Source: a virus
IMG/VR virus record: IMGVR_UViG_3300036823_000324
Coordinates: 11,085-75,084 of that record
DNA length: 64,000 nucleotides
Strand: one strand, 5' to 3'
Below the pieces are notes generated by a model. The model was not told the DNA's origin. It did not search any database and worked only from the letters and a program-made list of their open reading frames with translations. A program made the translations under genes and the position numbers. Shown piece by piece: positions 44,064-52,961 of the stretch (position 1 is its first letter; every line of letters begins with the position of its first letter).

Positions 44064-46664
44064 CTAGGGAAGCGGCGAGCTCGTCGGCAGCCCCGAGACA
44101 CCCTGCCCGGGGTCCGGCCGGCCCACGTTGGCGCCGCCGATCCCCATCGTCGCCCAGCCGCTGGTCCCGCCGACGATCAGCACCAGGAACGCCTCCGCGC
44201 CGCCCGCGGCCAGGAACTGCAGGTCCATCGGCACCGCCAGCCCCATGGATGCGTCCGCCCCGCCGGCGGCGAACACCGTCAGCCCGGTCGGGGCCGAGAC
44301 CAGGGCCGCCGCGCCCGCCGCACCCGCCGCGGACGGTGCCAGCCCGGTCGGGGCCGTGAGGCGGGCGGCGGCCGAGGAGCTCCCGGTCGCGCCCAGTTCG
44401 AGCGAGCTGGGCGCGACCAGGGCGCCGGAGACGTCTCCGGCGCCCGCGGCGGTGAGCGAGATGAAGGCGATCGAGGGGACGACCACCACGGCATCCGCTT
44501 CCCCTTCGCCCGCCGCGGTGATGACGAGGTCGACGGGGACGATGACCGTGGCCGCCGCGGCGCCTTCGCCTACGAGCGGTGCGAGCAGCAGGTGCGCGGG
44601 CGCGGTGAGCGCGGCCGTCGACGAGCCGAGCCCCACCGCGGCGAGCGCCAGGTCTGCCGGGGTCGCCAGCCCCGAGTGCGCAGCGGAGAGGCCGTCCGCC
44701 TCGAGGGTCAGCGCAGTCGGGGCGCTCAGTGCCGCTGCAGCGGCGCCGCTGCCCACCATGCCCGGCGAGAGGACCGAGTTGGTCATGAGGGCGGCCACGG
44801 CATTCCCGGCGCCCGCGGCGTCGACGAGCAGCGCGGCCGGGGCGGTGAGCGCGGCGGCGGGCGCGGCGGCGCCGGAGCTGTCGAGCGAGAGCTCTGCGGC
44901 GGCCGCCAGCTGCAGGGTCGCCACACCGGCGCCCGCGGCGATGAGCCGCAGGGCCGATGGTGCCGTCACCGCCGCCACCGCCCGGGACCCGCCGGCGGCC
45001 GTGAGAACCAGCATCGGCACGGAGGAGGTCGCAAGCGTGAGCACGGCTTCACTTCCGCCCGGCGCCGTGAGCGCCAGAGACATCGGCGCGGCGAGAGCCA
45101 TCGCGGCGGCCGAGCCGCCGGCGGATCCCGCCGAGAGCAACGACGGCGCCGCCAGGGCGATCGCCGCGGCGCCGGATCCGGGCGCCGCGATCACCATGAG
45201 AGGACGCGCCGTCAGAGCGAGATGGGGGACACCCGCGCCCGCGGCGAGGAGCGCCAGCGAAGAGGGCGCCTTCAGGCCGACCCCGGCCGAAGAGGAGCCG
45301 GCGGCGGTGACGGAGAGCAAGGACGGTGCCCTGAGCGCGGCGGACGCGGCGCCGGCGCCGACCGCCGCCGCGGAGAGAGCCGTCGGCGCCTTCAGGGCGG
45401 CCGCTACGCCGGCGCCGCCTGTCGGAGCGAGGGTCAGCAGCGCCGGGGTTGTCGTGCCCGCCAGGTAGCTGAGGTAGACGCCCACCATGTCGCAGGCCAA
45501 GGCATCGGTCGAGGCAGCGTTCTTGCGGATGACAACGCGGGGAGATTCTTTGTATCCGAGGCCGCCAGGCATTTTGTTTTCGGCTTCGACATAGATCGGT
45601 TCGGTGGTCGCAGTGCCCCAACCGGTCGGCTCGGTACCGGCGGTGCCGCTGGTCGAGGCAGTTTTCTCGATGACACTCGGGAAGGTCGACTTGACCCCGA
45701 AGCCTCGCGCGGTCCCCGAGGAGTTGCTGAACCGGGCGAGCAACATCATCACCTTCATCTGGTCACCTTCGACCATGCCGCCCCCACCTTCGGTGACCGT
45801 ATGGTTCGGCTGCTGGCATACAGCCTTGTATTCGTGCGTGGTGGTTGATTCAGCGTCGTAGTCTTGCGTCGTGCCGGTTTTCGACCCGTTGGCCACACCT
45901 TTCGGCGGGAAGTTGCTGACTGCTTTATAGAGTTCCGTCGTGCCACCGGAGCCGGTTTTCCAGCCGACCCTAGATTCATCGGATGTCGGCTTCAGCAGGA
46001 CCACTTTTTGTTTACCGACCCAAGAGTTTTCTTTCGTCCCGGTCGAGTCGTTGATGATGAACTGCGAGACGCACACGCTCCAGTTCGTATCGCTGCCATG
46101 GTGGCCGACTTCAAACCACGGCGGTTTACCGCCCATCGTCCATTTTGCCGATGCTTCATACACCCCGGCGCTCGTTTCCGCGTCGGTGATTTTGACGGTC
46201 CAGTTCGCGGCTTCGGCCGCGTTGGGGATTTCCACGAACATCTCGACCAGGTACTGCCTGTTGAGTTCGGCCGGAGAACTCGACTGGACTTCAGTACCAC
46301 CATTCTGGCCGCTCCAGATGTACCATTTGCCGCCAGCGGCCAGGCCGAGTTCAAGGGCGACGCCGAGTTCGCTCTGCACCAGCAGCATTTCTATGAAGTT
46401 GCTCGGGACGCCCGTGCCGATGAACTTGACGACGGTCTGGAGGTAGTAGCTCCGACCGGTCGCCACACCGCCGGCTTCCACCGCATCGAAGAGGCACGCC
46501 TTGCTTTCCCCGGCCGGGAATTTCGCACAGCACGAGCCTGCCCACTGGTCCGTGGTGTCGGGCGAGATGGCGCCGCTGAAATAGGTGTTCTGACCCTCCC
46601 CGTTCGTTGAGAGCGAGGTCGTGTACAGACGGGACTCGAACCCGGTTGTCAGGAGTCGCGCCAC
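44064..46664 (-). CDS. virion fibre-like protein with Ala-rich 20-aa repeats
   Basis: lower-GC N-terminal beta-rich domains followed by about 21 LxAPxxLxxxAxGxxxAxA units. Confidence 0.7.
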   Translation of the reverse strand: MARLLTTGFESRLYTTSLSTNGEGQNTYFSGAISPDTTDQWAGSCCAKFPAGESKACLFDAVEAGGVATGRSYYLQTVVKFIGTGVPSNFIEMLLVQSELGVALELGLAAGGKWYIWSGQNGGTEVQSSSPAELNRQYLVEMFVEIPNAAEAANWTVKITDAETSAGVYEASAKWTMGGKPPWFEVGHHGSDTNWSVCVSQFIINDSTGTKENSWVGKQKVVLLKPTSDESRVGWKTGSGGTTELYKAVSNFPPKGVANGSKTGTTQDYDAESTTTHEYKAVCQQPNHTVTEGGGGMVEGDQMKVMMLLARFSNSSGTARGFGVKSTFPSVIEKTASTSGTAGTEPTGWGTATTEPIYVEAENKMPGGLGYKESPRVVIRKNAASTDALACDMVGVYLSYLAGTTTPALLTLAPTGGAGVAAALKAPTALSAAAVGAGAASAALRAPSLLSVTAAGSSSAGVGLKAPSSLALLAAGAGVPHLALTARPLMVIAAPGSGAAAIALAAPSLLSAGSAGGSAAAMALAAPMSLALTAPGGSEAVLTLATSSVPMLVLTAAGGSRAVAAVTAPSALRLIAAGAGVATLQLAAAAELSLDSSGAAAPAAALTAPAALLVDAAGAGNAVAALMTNSVLSPGMVGSGAAAAALSAPTALTLEADGLSAAHSGLATPADLALAAVGLGSSTAALTAPAHLLLAPLVGEGAAAATVIVPVDLVITAAGEGEADAVVVVPSIAFISLTAAGAGDVSGALVAPSSLELGATGSSSAAARLTAPTGLAPSAAGAAGAAALVSAPTGLTVFAAGGADASMGLAVPMDLQFLAAGGAEAFLVLIVGGTSGWATMGIGGANVGRPDPGQGVSGLPTSSPLP
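44180..45445 (-). repeat. degenerate 60-bp/20-aa repeat
   Basis: ALKAPTALSAAAVGAGAASA / ALRAPSLLSVTAAGSSSAGV / ... Confidence 0.8.
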
Positions 46665-46677
46665 CGGCGCGGGCCCC

Positions 46678-47292
46678 CTAGCTCTCGGTGGCTTCGAGGG
46701 CGTTGACCGCGATGGTGGGCGGCGTCTGGGTGGTGGAGATGACGGTCGATGCCGTCGTCCCCCAGTAGAGCGAGTTGCCGCTGGCGGCCACCGTCGAGTC
46801 GGCGATGATGAACCCGACGATCGTCGAGGAGCTGCCGGTGCAGCCGGCGAGTTCGAGTTTCGCCGAGTTCGTGAGTTTCTGCGCCGTCGATTCGTTCAGC
46901 GACGCGGCTTCGAGTTTGAAGCGGGCCCAGCCGGTGTAGGCGGCTTCGGTGACCGACGATCCGGTCGAGGCCGCGGTCGGGACCACCGTCAGCAGCACGA
47001 TCGCCACCGTGGCGGGCATGGTGAATGCCCCTTTGCCGAAGTTGTGGTTCAGGTCTTTGTTGGAGAGGTAGTTCGACTTGCCGCTCAGCAGCTGGCCGAG
47101 GTACCAGTCGGCCAGCGCGGACTCGTCGTCGGCGAGGATCAGCCGCGAGCGCAGGTACTCGCTCGGCTGCGCACCGCCGAGGTCGAGGACCGCGCCGTCA
47201 CCGTTCTCACCCGGGATGAAGAGCTTCGGCGGTTCGCGGCGGATGTCCTCGCCCGGGAGGATCAGCCGCGGGGTCTCGAGCGTGGCGCTCAT
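46678..47292 (-). CDS. virion structural protein (fibre-anchor-like family)
   Basis: VAIVLLTVVP...TEAAYTGWAR...GNSLYWG. Confidence 0.7.
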   Translation of the reverse strand: MSATLETPRLILPGEDIRREPPKLFIPGENGDGAVLDLGGAQPSEYLRSRLILADDESALADWYLGQLLSGKSNYLSNKDLNHNFGKGAFTMPATVAIVLLTVVPTAASTGSSVTEAAYTGWARFKLEAASLNESTAQKLTNSAKLELAGCTGSSSTIVGFIIADSTVAASGNSLYWGTTASTVISTTQTPPTIAVNALEATES

Positions 47293-47726
47293 TGCTCGGG
47301 GTGCTCCGGGGTGGGGGCGGCGGTGATCGCGCCCTGGCCGACGATCGGCGTCGGCCCGAGGTCGATGAACGCCGGACCCTCTACGGCGGCAGCCGGATCC
47401 GGCTCGTTCGCGATCGGTCCGGTCAACGTCTTGAACCCCTCGAGGGTCATGCGCCAGACGCCGGGGTCAGGCGTCTCGGCGAAGCCGTCTTCGCCGAGCT
47501 CGTCGAGCACCGCCTCGAGTTCGGCCAAGCCCGTCTCGTAGTCGAGGAAGCCGTGCTCGGTGCTTCTGGGCGGGATCGGCGTGTGCCGATCTTCGGCCAG
47601 GCGATGGAGCAGGGCGACGGGGGTCCAGCCGAAGTCCTCGTCGTGGGGCGCGAGATGGGCGAGCACGCGACGATGCACGTCCGAGTTGAAGACCCCCGCC
47701 TTGTCGGCTGCGCGTGGCGTATCCAT
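47289..47726 (-). CDS. hypothetical protein (wHTH-like)
   Basis: leaderless ATG 7 nt after TATCTT; WRMTLEG. Confidence 0.6.
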   Translation of the reverse strand: MDTPRAADKAGVFNSDVHRRVLAHLAPHDEDFGWTPVALLHRLAEDRHTPIPPRSTEHGFLDYETGLAELEAVLDELGEDGFAETPDPGVWRMTLEGFKTLTGPIANEPDPAAAVEGPAFIDLGPTPIVGQGAITAAPTPEHPEQ

Positions 47727-47733
47727 CGAGAGC

Positions 47734-47763
47734 AAGATAGCCCCCACCTCGCGCGCCTGTCTA
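47734..47763 (-). promoter_or_regulatory. sigma70-like promoter, leaderless transcript
   Basis: TAGACA-N18-TATCTT-N7-ATG. Confidence 0.55.
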
Positions 47764-47790
47764 CCTACACCCGGGGCAGCTGGTCAGACA

Positions 47791-47950
47791 CCGCCTAGCT
47801 AGCTTCCATCTCCTTGGTCCGGGCCCCTCGGCTGTTAGCGCAGCGCGGGGCCATTCGTTGACCGGACGCAAAAAGACGGCCTCCCTCGGGAGGCCGTCTC
47901 AGCGTCTGGCAAAGGACGCAGACATCTGGTTCAAGGGAAGCTAGCAGCGG
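47791..47950. ncRNA. candidate structured RNA (closed multibranch)
   Basis: closing stem GCTAGCTTCC/GGAAGCTAGC enclosing three hairpins. Confidence 0.45.
47870..47899 (-). terminator. intrinsic terminator after the head genes
   Basis: AGACGGCCTCC-CGAG-GGAGGCCGTCT then TTTT. Confidence 0.7.
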
Positions 47951-48011
47951 GGCCGGCGCGAACTCCAGTGCCAGAACGCATTACGTCCCGCCCACCCCGG
48001 GGCGCCCGAGG

Positions 48012-48392
48012 CTACCCGAAGGCGACGCGCAGCAGCCCGATGCCGATCGACGGTTCGGGATCTTCTAGGTCGATCATGAATTCGACGGTGTCGCCGGAGG
48101 TCTTGACGAAGCCGCCGGTGAGCGCGGAGCAGATCGCCCAGGCGATCACCCGGCCGCCGGGGGGGCCGGTCATCGGCGCGAGGGCGACCTTGACGATGTT
48201 GACGACGCCGGACCCTTCAGGGGGCCCGAAGGTGCCCGCCGGCAGTTCGACCCGCCGGTAGCCGCCATAGGCGACCTCGGTGATCGTCGATCCGGTGTCC
48301 GCGGGGACGGGGCGGACCGTGCACATCGCCAAGAAGGCGGGGGAGCCGACCGTCTCTTCGAGCAGCTCCCCCGCCCAATGGTCCGACAGCAT
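48012..48392 (-). CDS. virion structural protein, paralog of 46678-47292
   Basis: FLAMCTVRP...TGSTITEVAYGGYRR. Confidence 0.7.
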   Translation of the reverse strand: MLSDHWAGELLEETVGSPAFLAMCTVRPVPADTGSTITEVAYGGYRRVELPAGTFGPPEGSGVVNIVKVALAPMTGPPGGRVIAWAICSALTGGFVKTSGDTVEFMIDLEDPEPSIGIGLLRVAFG

Positions 48393-49000
48393 CAGTTCAG
48401 CGCGACGATGTGCTTCTTGCCGTCGTTGGTGACGACGCGGAGGTATTCGGGGCCGAGCCAGCCGCCCGCCTTCGTCCGCTTCTGGCGGATCGTCCAGTCG
48501 AGGATGTCCTCGACGTCGACCTCCGCCTTCGTCGCGACTTCGCCGCCCTCGAGCTCTTCGGCCGCTTCCCGGTTGACCGGGAAGGAGCCGCTGAGCTCTT
48601 CGAGGGTCGGGCCGCGCTGTTCGGGGGCGGTGCCCTTGCCCCCCATCGCCGCGGCGACGGCGCCTTTCAGCCGCTCGAGCTCGCGGAAGCTGAGTTCGTC
48701 GAGCCCGAGGGCCTCGGCGCTCTCGCCGTCGGTGTCGGGGCCTTCGCCCTCGGCGTCCTCGTCCGCCCGCTGGTGACGGGCGGCGGCGATCGCCTCCTGG
48801 GCCTGGACCTCGGTTTCCTTGGCCTGGGTCTCGGCAGCCGTCGCCTTTGCGGCGGCCTCGTCCTTTTCGGCGGTCAGCTTGGCGATCCTCGCCTCGAGGG
48901 CCGCCGTGTCGGGAGCCGCCACCGCGGCGGCACCGCCCTGGCCCTGTGCTCGGCCCTGCGCCTGCGCCTGGCCCTCTGCTTTTTTGTCCTGCTCTGCCAA
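48392..49000 (-). CDS. hypothetical head-associated protein
   Basis: TTG start after RBS AGGAAGGGG; coiled coil; directly after the capsid gene. Confidence 0.6.
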   Translation of the reverse strand: MAEQDKKAEGQAQAQGRAQGQGGAAAVAAPDTAALEARIAKLTAEKDEAAAKATAAETQAKETEVQAQEAIAAARHQRADEDAEGEGPDTDGESAEALGLDELSFRELERLKGAVAAAMGGKGTAPEQRGPTLEELSGSFPVNREAAEELEGGEVATKAEVDVEDILDWTIRQKRTKAGGWLGPEYLRVVTNDGKKHIVALN

Positions 49001-49016
49001 CCGGATCAGCCCCTTC

Positions 49017-50114
49017 CTAGGCGACCGACGCGAAGGTGGCGCCGCGCCAGTCGAGGAGGGCCGTGCCCCACTCGTAGCGGATCTTCCACCAGATCTCGTC
49101 GTATTTCCCGGTGTAGGGGTCCGAGCCGCCAAGCACGTTCCGCATCCCCGGGTCTTTCAGGAATATGTCGGGGGTCTCGATCCCGTTCAGGAACCCCACC
49201 CCCATCACCGGCGCCAGCTGCGGGTCGGCGAACGTGTACCAGTCGTTCGCGTCTTCGAGGTAGTCCTCGACGACGTAGTCGGTGATCGCGGCCAGGACGT
49301 TGTCGCCGCCTTTGCCGTGCTCGATCGTCGTCCCGTCGACCCCTTCGGACCCCGCGGGCTGCGGGACCGTCGTGGAGTTGAGGATCCGCCGGATCGTCAT
49401 CTCGAGCTCGGCGGGGATCACCGACAGTTTCGGACGCAGGCCGATCCGATTGCCGCTGAATTCCTTCTGGATCCGCATCTTGATGACGGCCTGGGCGAGG
49501 GATTCCTCTTCGAGCGCTTCCGAGAGGAGGTTGCCGTGTTCGGCCGAGAACACGGCGTCGCCGTCGTAGGCGTGCGGATTCGCACGGATCGCCCGCCAGA
49601 TGTCTTTCGACAGCGTGCGGGCGGCGGAGCGCCCGAAGGCGGCCGGCCGGTCGCGCAGCTGGTTCAGGTCGTCGTTGATCAGCGCCCGTCGGCTGAGCGA
49701 GAATTCGCGGCCGAAGGTTTCGACCGAGCAGCTCGGGCCGACGATCTGTTCGATCTGGGAGTCGTGGTATTCGCCTCCCTCGGGCACCGGCAGCAGATCT
49801 TCCATCTCGCTGACGCGGACGAAGTTGATCGGCTTGAAGTCGGGCACGTTGTAGATGCGCGAGTACCGGCGCCAGTTGCTGGTCTCCTCGCGGTATGCCC
49901 ACATGAGCCGCTTGGTGATTTTGTCGTCGAGGTACGTGGCGAAGTCGGACGTGGTGCCGGACTCCCGCAGGACCTCATCGTCGGAGGAGATGGCCTCGTC
50001 GAAGGTGATGCCCGCCTCCTGGAGGCGCCCCTCGTCGACCTGCCGCCTCTGCATGTAGGCCTCGAAGAGCTTGACCTCTCCTGGCCACTGGTTGCTGTAC
50101 TCGCGGAATTGCAT
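49017..50114 (-). CDS. major capsid protein (Mu gpT-like, HK97 fold)
   Basis: TTSDF, VPDFK, VPEGGEY, SRRALINDDL, FLNGIETP, LDWRGA. Confidence 0.92.
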   Translation of the reverse strand: MQFREYSNQWPGEVKLFEAYMQRRQVDEGRLQEAGITFDEAISSDDEVLRESGTTSDFATYLDDKITKRLMWAYREETSNWRRYSRIYNVPDFKPINFVRVSEMEDLLPVPEGGEYHDSQIEQIVGPSCSVETFGREFSLSRRALINDDLNQLRDRPAAFGRSAARTLSKDIWRAIRANPHAYDGDAVFSAEHGNLLSEALEEESLAQAVIKMRIQKEFSGNRIGLRPKLSVIPAELEMTIRRILNSTTVPQPAGSEGVDGTTIEHGKGGDNVLAAITDYVVEDYLEDANDWYTFADPQLAPVMGVGFLNGIETPDIFLKDPGMRNVLGGSDPYTGKYDEIWWKIRYEWGTALLDWRGATFASVA

Positions 50115-50147
50115 GAGTGTGTTTGTCCCTTTGTCTCTCGCCGGGCT

Positions 50148-50537
50148 TTATTCCTGTTTACCCGCGAACTGCGGCAGGATCTTCACCCACATGAATCCGG
50201 TCTTCGGCGCCTGGGTGGCGTCAGTGGTCTCGCCGGCACCTGGCACGGCGACGATGGTCGCGAACGGCCGCGTGCCCGTGGCGGGCGCGCCCCCGTAGGC
50301 GCGGCGCGTCAGGGCCTTCGTCGAGTTGTTGATGTCGACGACGTCGCCCTGGACCGAGCTGGTGATGAAGGGGATCACCCACTCCTCCTCGACCATCAGG
50401 GCGTACAGTTCGTTTTCGGCGGGTGAGGTCTCCGGGATGCCGTGGATGTTGTGCTCCACCATCGGCACACCGGAGGTTCGCGCGGCCGCCGCTTTCACGG
50501 TGATCCGCTGGCCCGACCCTATGTGGTTCAGTGCCAC
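50148..50537 (-). CDS. capsid decoration/cement protein (DUF2190-like)
   Basis: GSGQRITV.AAAARTSG; position between scaffold and capsid genes. Confidence 0.7.
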   Translation of the reverse strand: MALNHIGSGQRITVKAAAARTSGVPMVEHNIHGIPETSPAENELYALMVEEEWVIPFITSSVQGDVVDINNSTKALTRRAYGGAPATGTRPFATIVAVPGAGETTDATQAPKTGFMWVKILPQFAGKQE

Positions 50538-50549
50538 GTCTTTAACTCC

Positions 50550-52892
50550 TTAGATCTCGAGTTCTCTGTCGATCTGTTCGTCGAGCGGCGCCCCGTTGCC
50601 CTTGCTCTTGGCCTTGGGGGTCGCTCCGTCGCCGGTGTCGATCGGCGCTTCGGTCATCGTCTCGCCGGCCTCGCTGACCCGAGACTCGCGCACCGGCCCT
50701 TTGGGGGCCGGAGTCGTCGATCCGGTGCTCGACCGGATCTCGTCGCGCTTGGCTTTGATCGTCCGTTCGACCGTCTCGCGGGCGATCTGGTTGCCGTCTT
50801 TGCTGACCTGGCCGCTCTCGCTGTCGACCTCGGCCTCGAAGTAGGCGTCGTGGAACTCGGCCTTGAGCTCGCGCACCGTCGCCTCCTTGAAGTTCGCGGC
50901 GTCGATCAGCTCGTTCGCGATCACGCGCTGCTCGGACTGGTCGAACTTCCGCCGCCAGGAGTCGTCGTTCTCGCGGAGGGCCTCGGCGAGCCGGACCTCG
51001 TGCTGTTCGTTGGCGACGGCGACCGCGGTGCGCACCGCCTCGCGCAGCATGCCCTCGGCGATCTCCTCGGCCTGGGCCGAGACATCGTCGCCGGCGTCGC
51101 CCTCGGCGAACCAGTCGTCGCCTTCCCATTCGCCCTCGCCCGCCTCGAGCAGATACTCCTCGGCGAACTCGTCGTCGCCGAAGTCGCCCTCGGCGAACGG
51201 ATCGTCGCCCTCCTCGAGGTCGTCGCCTCCCGGGACGAGATGGATCTTGTCGCCGGTGCCCGTCGGGACGTCGATGTCCCACTCGCCGAACTGCTCGTCG
51301 GTCTCGATGGGCACGGGCTCCTCCTCGCGGTGGCGGGAGCGGCGATGCAGACGCTCGGCGTGCTGGAGCATCTCCCGGGCGCCGCGGCCGCGGTGATGAC
51401 CCGACCCGTCGTGGGCGCGGATCTCGTACTTCCCGCTCGGGTGGTGGTAGCGGATCGTGTGCGTCGCGGTGCGGCGGACGTGCGTGGGGCCCTCGCGGTG
51501 GAAGCCGAGGCGCTCGAGGTGGTGGTGGAGGCGGCGCGGTTTGTGGTGGCCGGCCTCTTCGAACTCCTCGCCCTCGCGGACGCGGTGATGCCCGCGCCGG
51601 TGCATCTCGTGCACCAGCTTCGGGTCGTGCGCGGACAGTCGATCGAGCGTCGCGCCGGCATCCTCCCGCGTCATCTGGTGGTCCCCGTCGGGACCTTCGA
51701 GGGCGTGGCCCATGTCGTTTTTGACGACGTGGCCCTTCTTGCTGGTCCCGACCGCCACGGCTTTGTAGGGACCGCGCAGCTGCGCGACCTCGGCGTCGGG
51801 GCCGGCCGGGCAGGCACCGGCCTGGCCCATCCGACCTTTGTGCTGGACGATCGCGGTCGGCGGCACGTCGCGGAGCCGGTGCCGGGCGTGCGGCCGGGTC
51901 ATCGCCTCCTCCATGTGCTCGCCGTCGTCGAGCCACTCCACCGATTCCTCCTCGCGGTGGCGCCGGTGGTGGTGGTCGAAGCGCAGCTCGTGCCGGTCGC
52001 CGTGGCGGCCGTGAAGCTCGTGGGCGGCGCGGAGCATCGCGTTGTGCCCACGCCCGCGGGCGTGCTCGCCGCGGCCGCCCTTCACCGGGTGGATCTCCCA
52101 GTTGCCCTCGTGGTCGACCTGGGCGGTGTGGTGCCCGGCAGATCCACCGAAGGTGGCCATGTGCCGGTTGCCCTCCTTGGTGAAGCCGAGGCCCTCGAGA
52201 TGCGCGGTGCCGCGGCCGCCCGGAGATCCTTTGCCGCCTTTGCCCTCGAGGCTCTCGCCGCCGCCGCGACTCTCGGCCGGCGTGCCGCCGAGCTGCTGGG
52301 CCTCCTCGAGCTCAGCCTCGCGCTCCTCTTCCGCCACCTGCTCTTCGACCTGGGCCTCCATCAGCGCTACCACCTTTCCTCCTGCTCCGGCCTTGGTCAC
52401 CCAGTCGACGGAGCCGACGTTCTTGATTGCCTCGACGATTCTCGCGCGCCGGCCGTCCATCTGGCCTTCGCGGCTGGAGCCGCGCGCGTTGATCGAGACG
52501 CCGAGCAGTTCGGGGTCGTGCTCGATCATGTTCCACAGCCATGGCTGGCTGACCGACGCGATGCCGACGATGCACTGGCGGCCCGCCTCGTCCGTGGTGA
52601 CTTCGGTCTCGCGGATGCGGCCGATCAGTTCCTGCACCGGCCGCGGCAGCCCTTTGAGTTTGCGCTCCACTTCGGGCGACTGGTGGTTCGCGTACATCTG
52701 GGCACCGACGAAGGACTCCGCCGCCTCGCGGAGCACGTCCGCGGTGTAGTAGTGGCTGTCCCGTTTGTTGCCGAAACCCTCACGGATCAGGACGATTTTG
52801 ACGAGACCGCCGCGACCGTCGGGTTCCGCGGTCCCCTCAAGGATTCGCCCGTCGTCGACGATCGCGCCGTTCTCCACCAAAGTTCCTTCCAT
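50550..52892 (-). CDS. prohead protease-scaffold fusion with His/Arg-rich inserts
   Basis: IREGFG..HYY..VL, MYANH, GVSINA, SVDWVTKAGAGG; acidic coiled-coil C-terminus. Confidence 0.85.
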   Translation of the reverse strand: MEGTLVENGAIVDDGRILEGTAEPDGRGGLVKIVLIREGFGNKRDSHYYTADVLREAAESFVGAQMYANHQSPEVERKLKGLPRPVQELIGRIRETEVTTDEAGRQCIVGIASVSQPWLWNMIEHDPELLGVSINARGSSREGQMDGRRARIVEAIKNVGSVDWVTKAGAGGKVVALMEAQVEEQVAEEEREAELEEAQQLGGTPAESRGGGESLEGKGGKGSPGGRGTAHLEGLGFTKEGNRHMATFGGSAGHHTAQVDHEGNWEIHPVKGGRGEHARGRGHNAMLRAAHELHGRHGDRHELRFDHHHRRHREEESVEWLDDGEHMEEAMTRPHARHRLRDVPPTAIVQHKGRMGQAGACPAGPDAEVAQLRGPYKAVAVGTSKKGHVVKNDMGHALEGPDGDHQMTREDAGATLDRLSAHDPKLVHEMHRRGHHRVREGEEFEEAGHHKPRRLHHHLERLGFHREGPTHVRRTATHTIRYHHPSGKYEIRAHDGSGHHRGRGAREMLQHAERLHRRSRHREEEPVPIETDEQFGEWDIDVPTGTGDKIHLVPGGDDLEEGDDPFAEGDFGDDEFAEEYLLEAGEGEWEGDDWFAEGDAGDDVSAQAEEIAEGMLREAVRTAVAVANEQHEVRLAEALRENDDSWRRKFDQSEQRVIANELIDAANFKEATVRELKAEFHDAYFEAEVDSESGQVSKDGNQIARETVERTIKAKRDEIRSSTGSTTPAPKGPVRESRVSEAGETMTEAPIDTGDGATPKAKSKGNGAPLDEQIDRELEI

Positions 52893-52899
52893 GCGGGCG

Positions 52900-52929
52900 A
52901 AGGTACTCGCACCTGCGCCGATTGCGCAA
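52900..52929 (-). promoter_or_regulatory. sigma70-like promoter, leaderless transcript
   Basis: TTGCGC-N18-TACCTT-N7-ATG. Confidence 0.6.
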
Positions 52930-52961
52930 GGGGCGAGCCGCCGGGGAAGCTGGAGAGCGGC

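Noticed and set aside
47791-47950. tRNA, or mini-ORF MEAS after AAGGAG
   Set aside because: No T-loop GTTC or tRNA-sized cloverleaf; the SD-like word abuts the ATG with zero spacing
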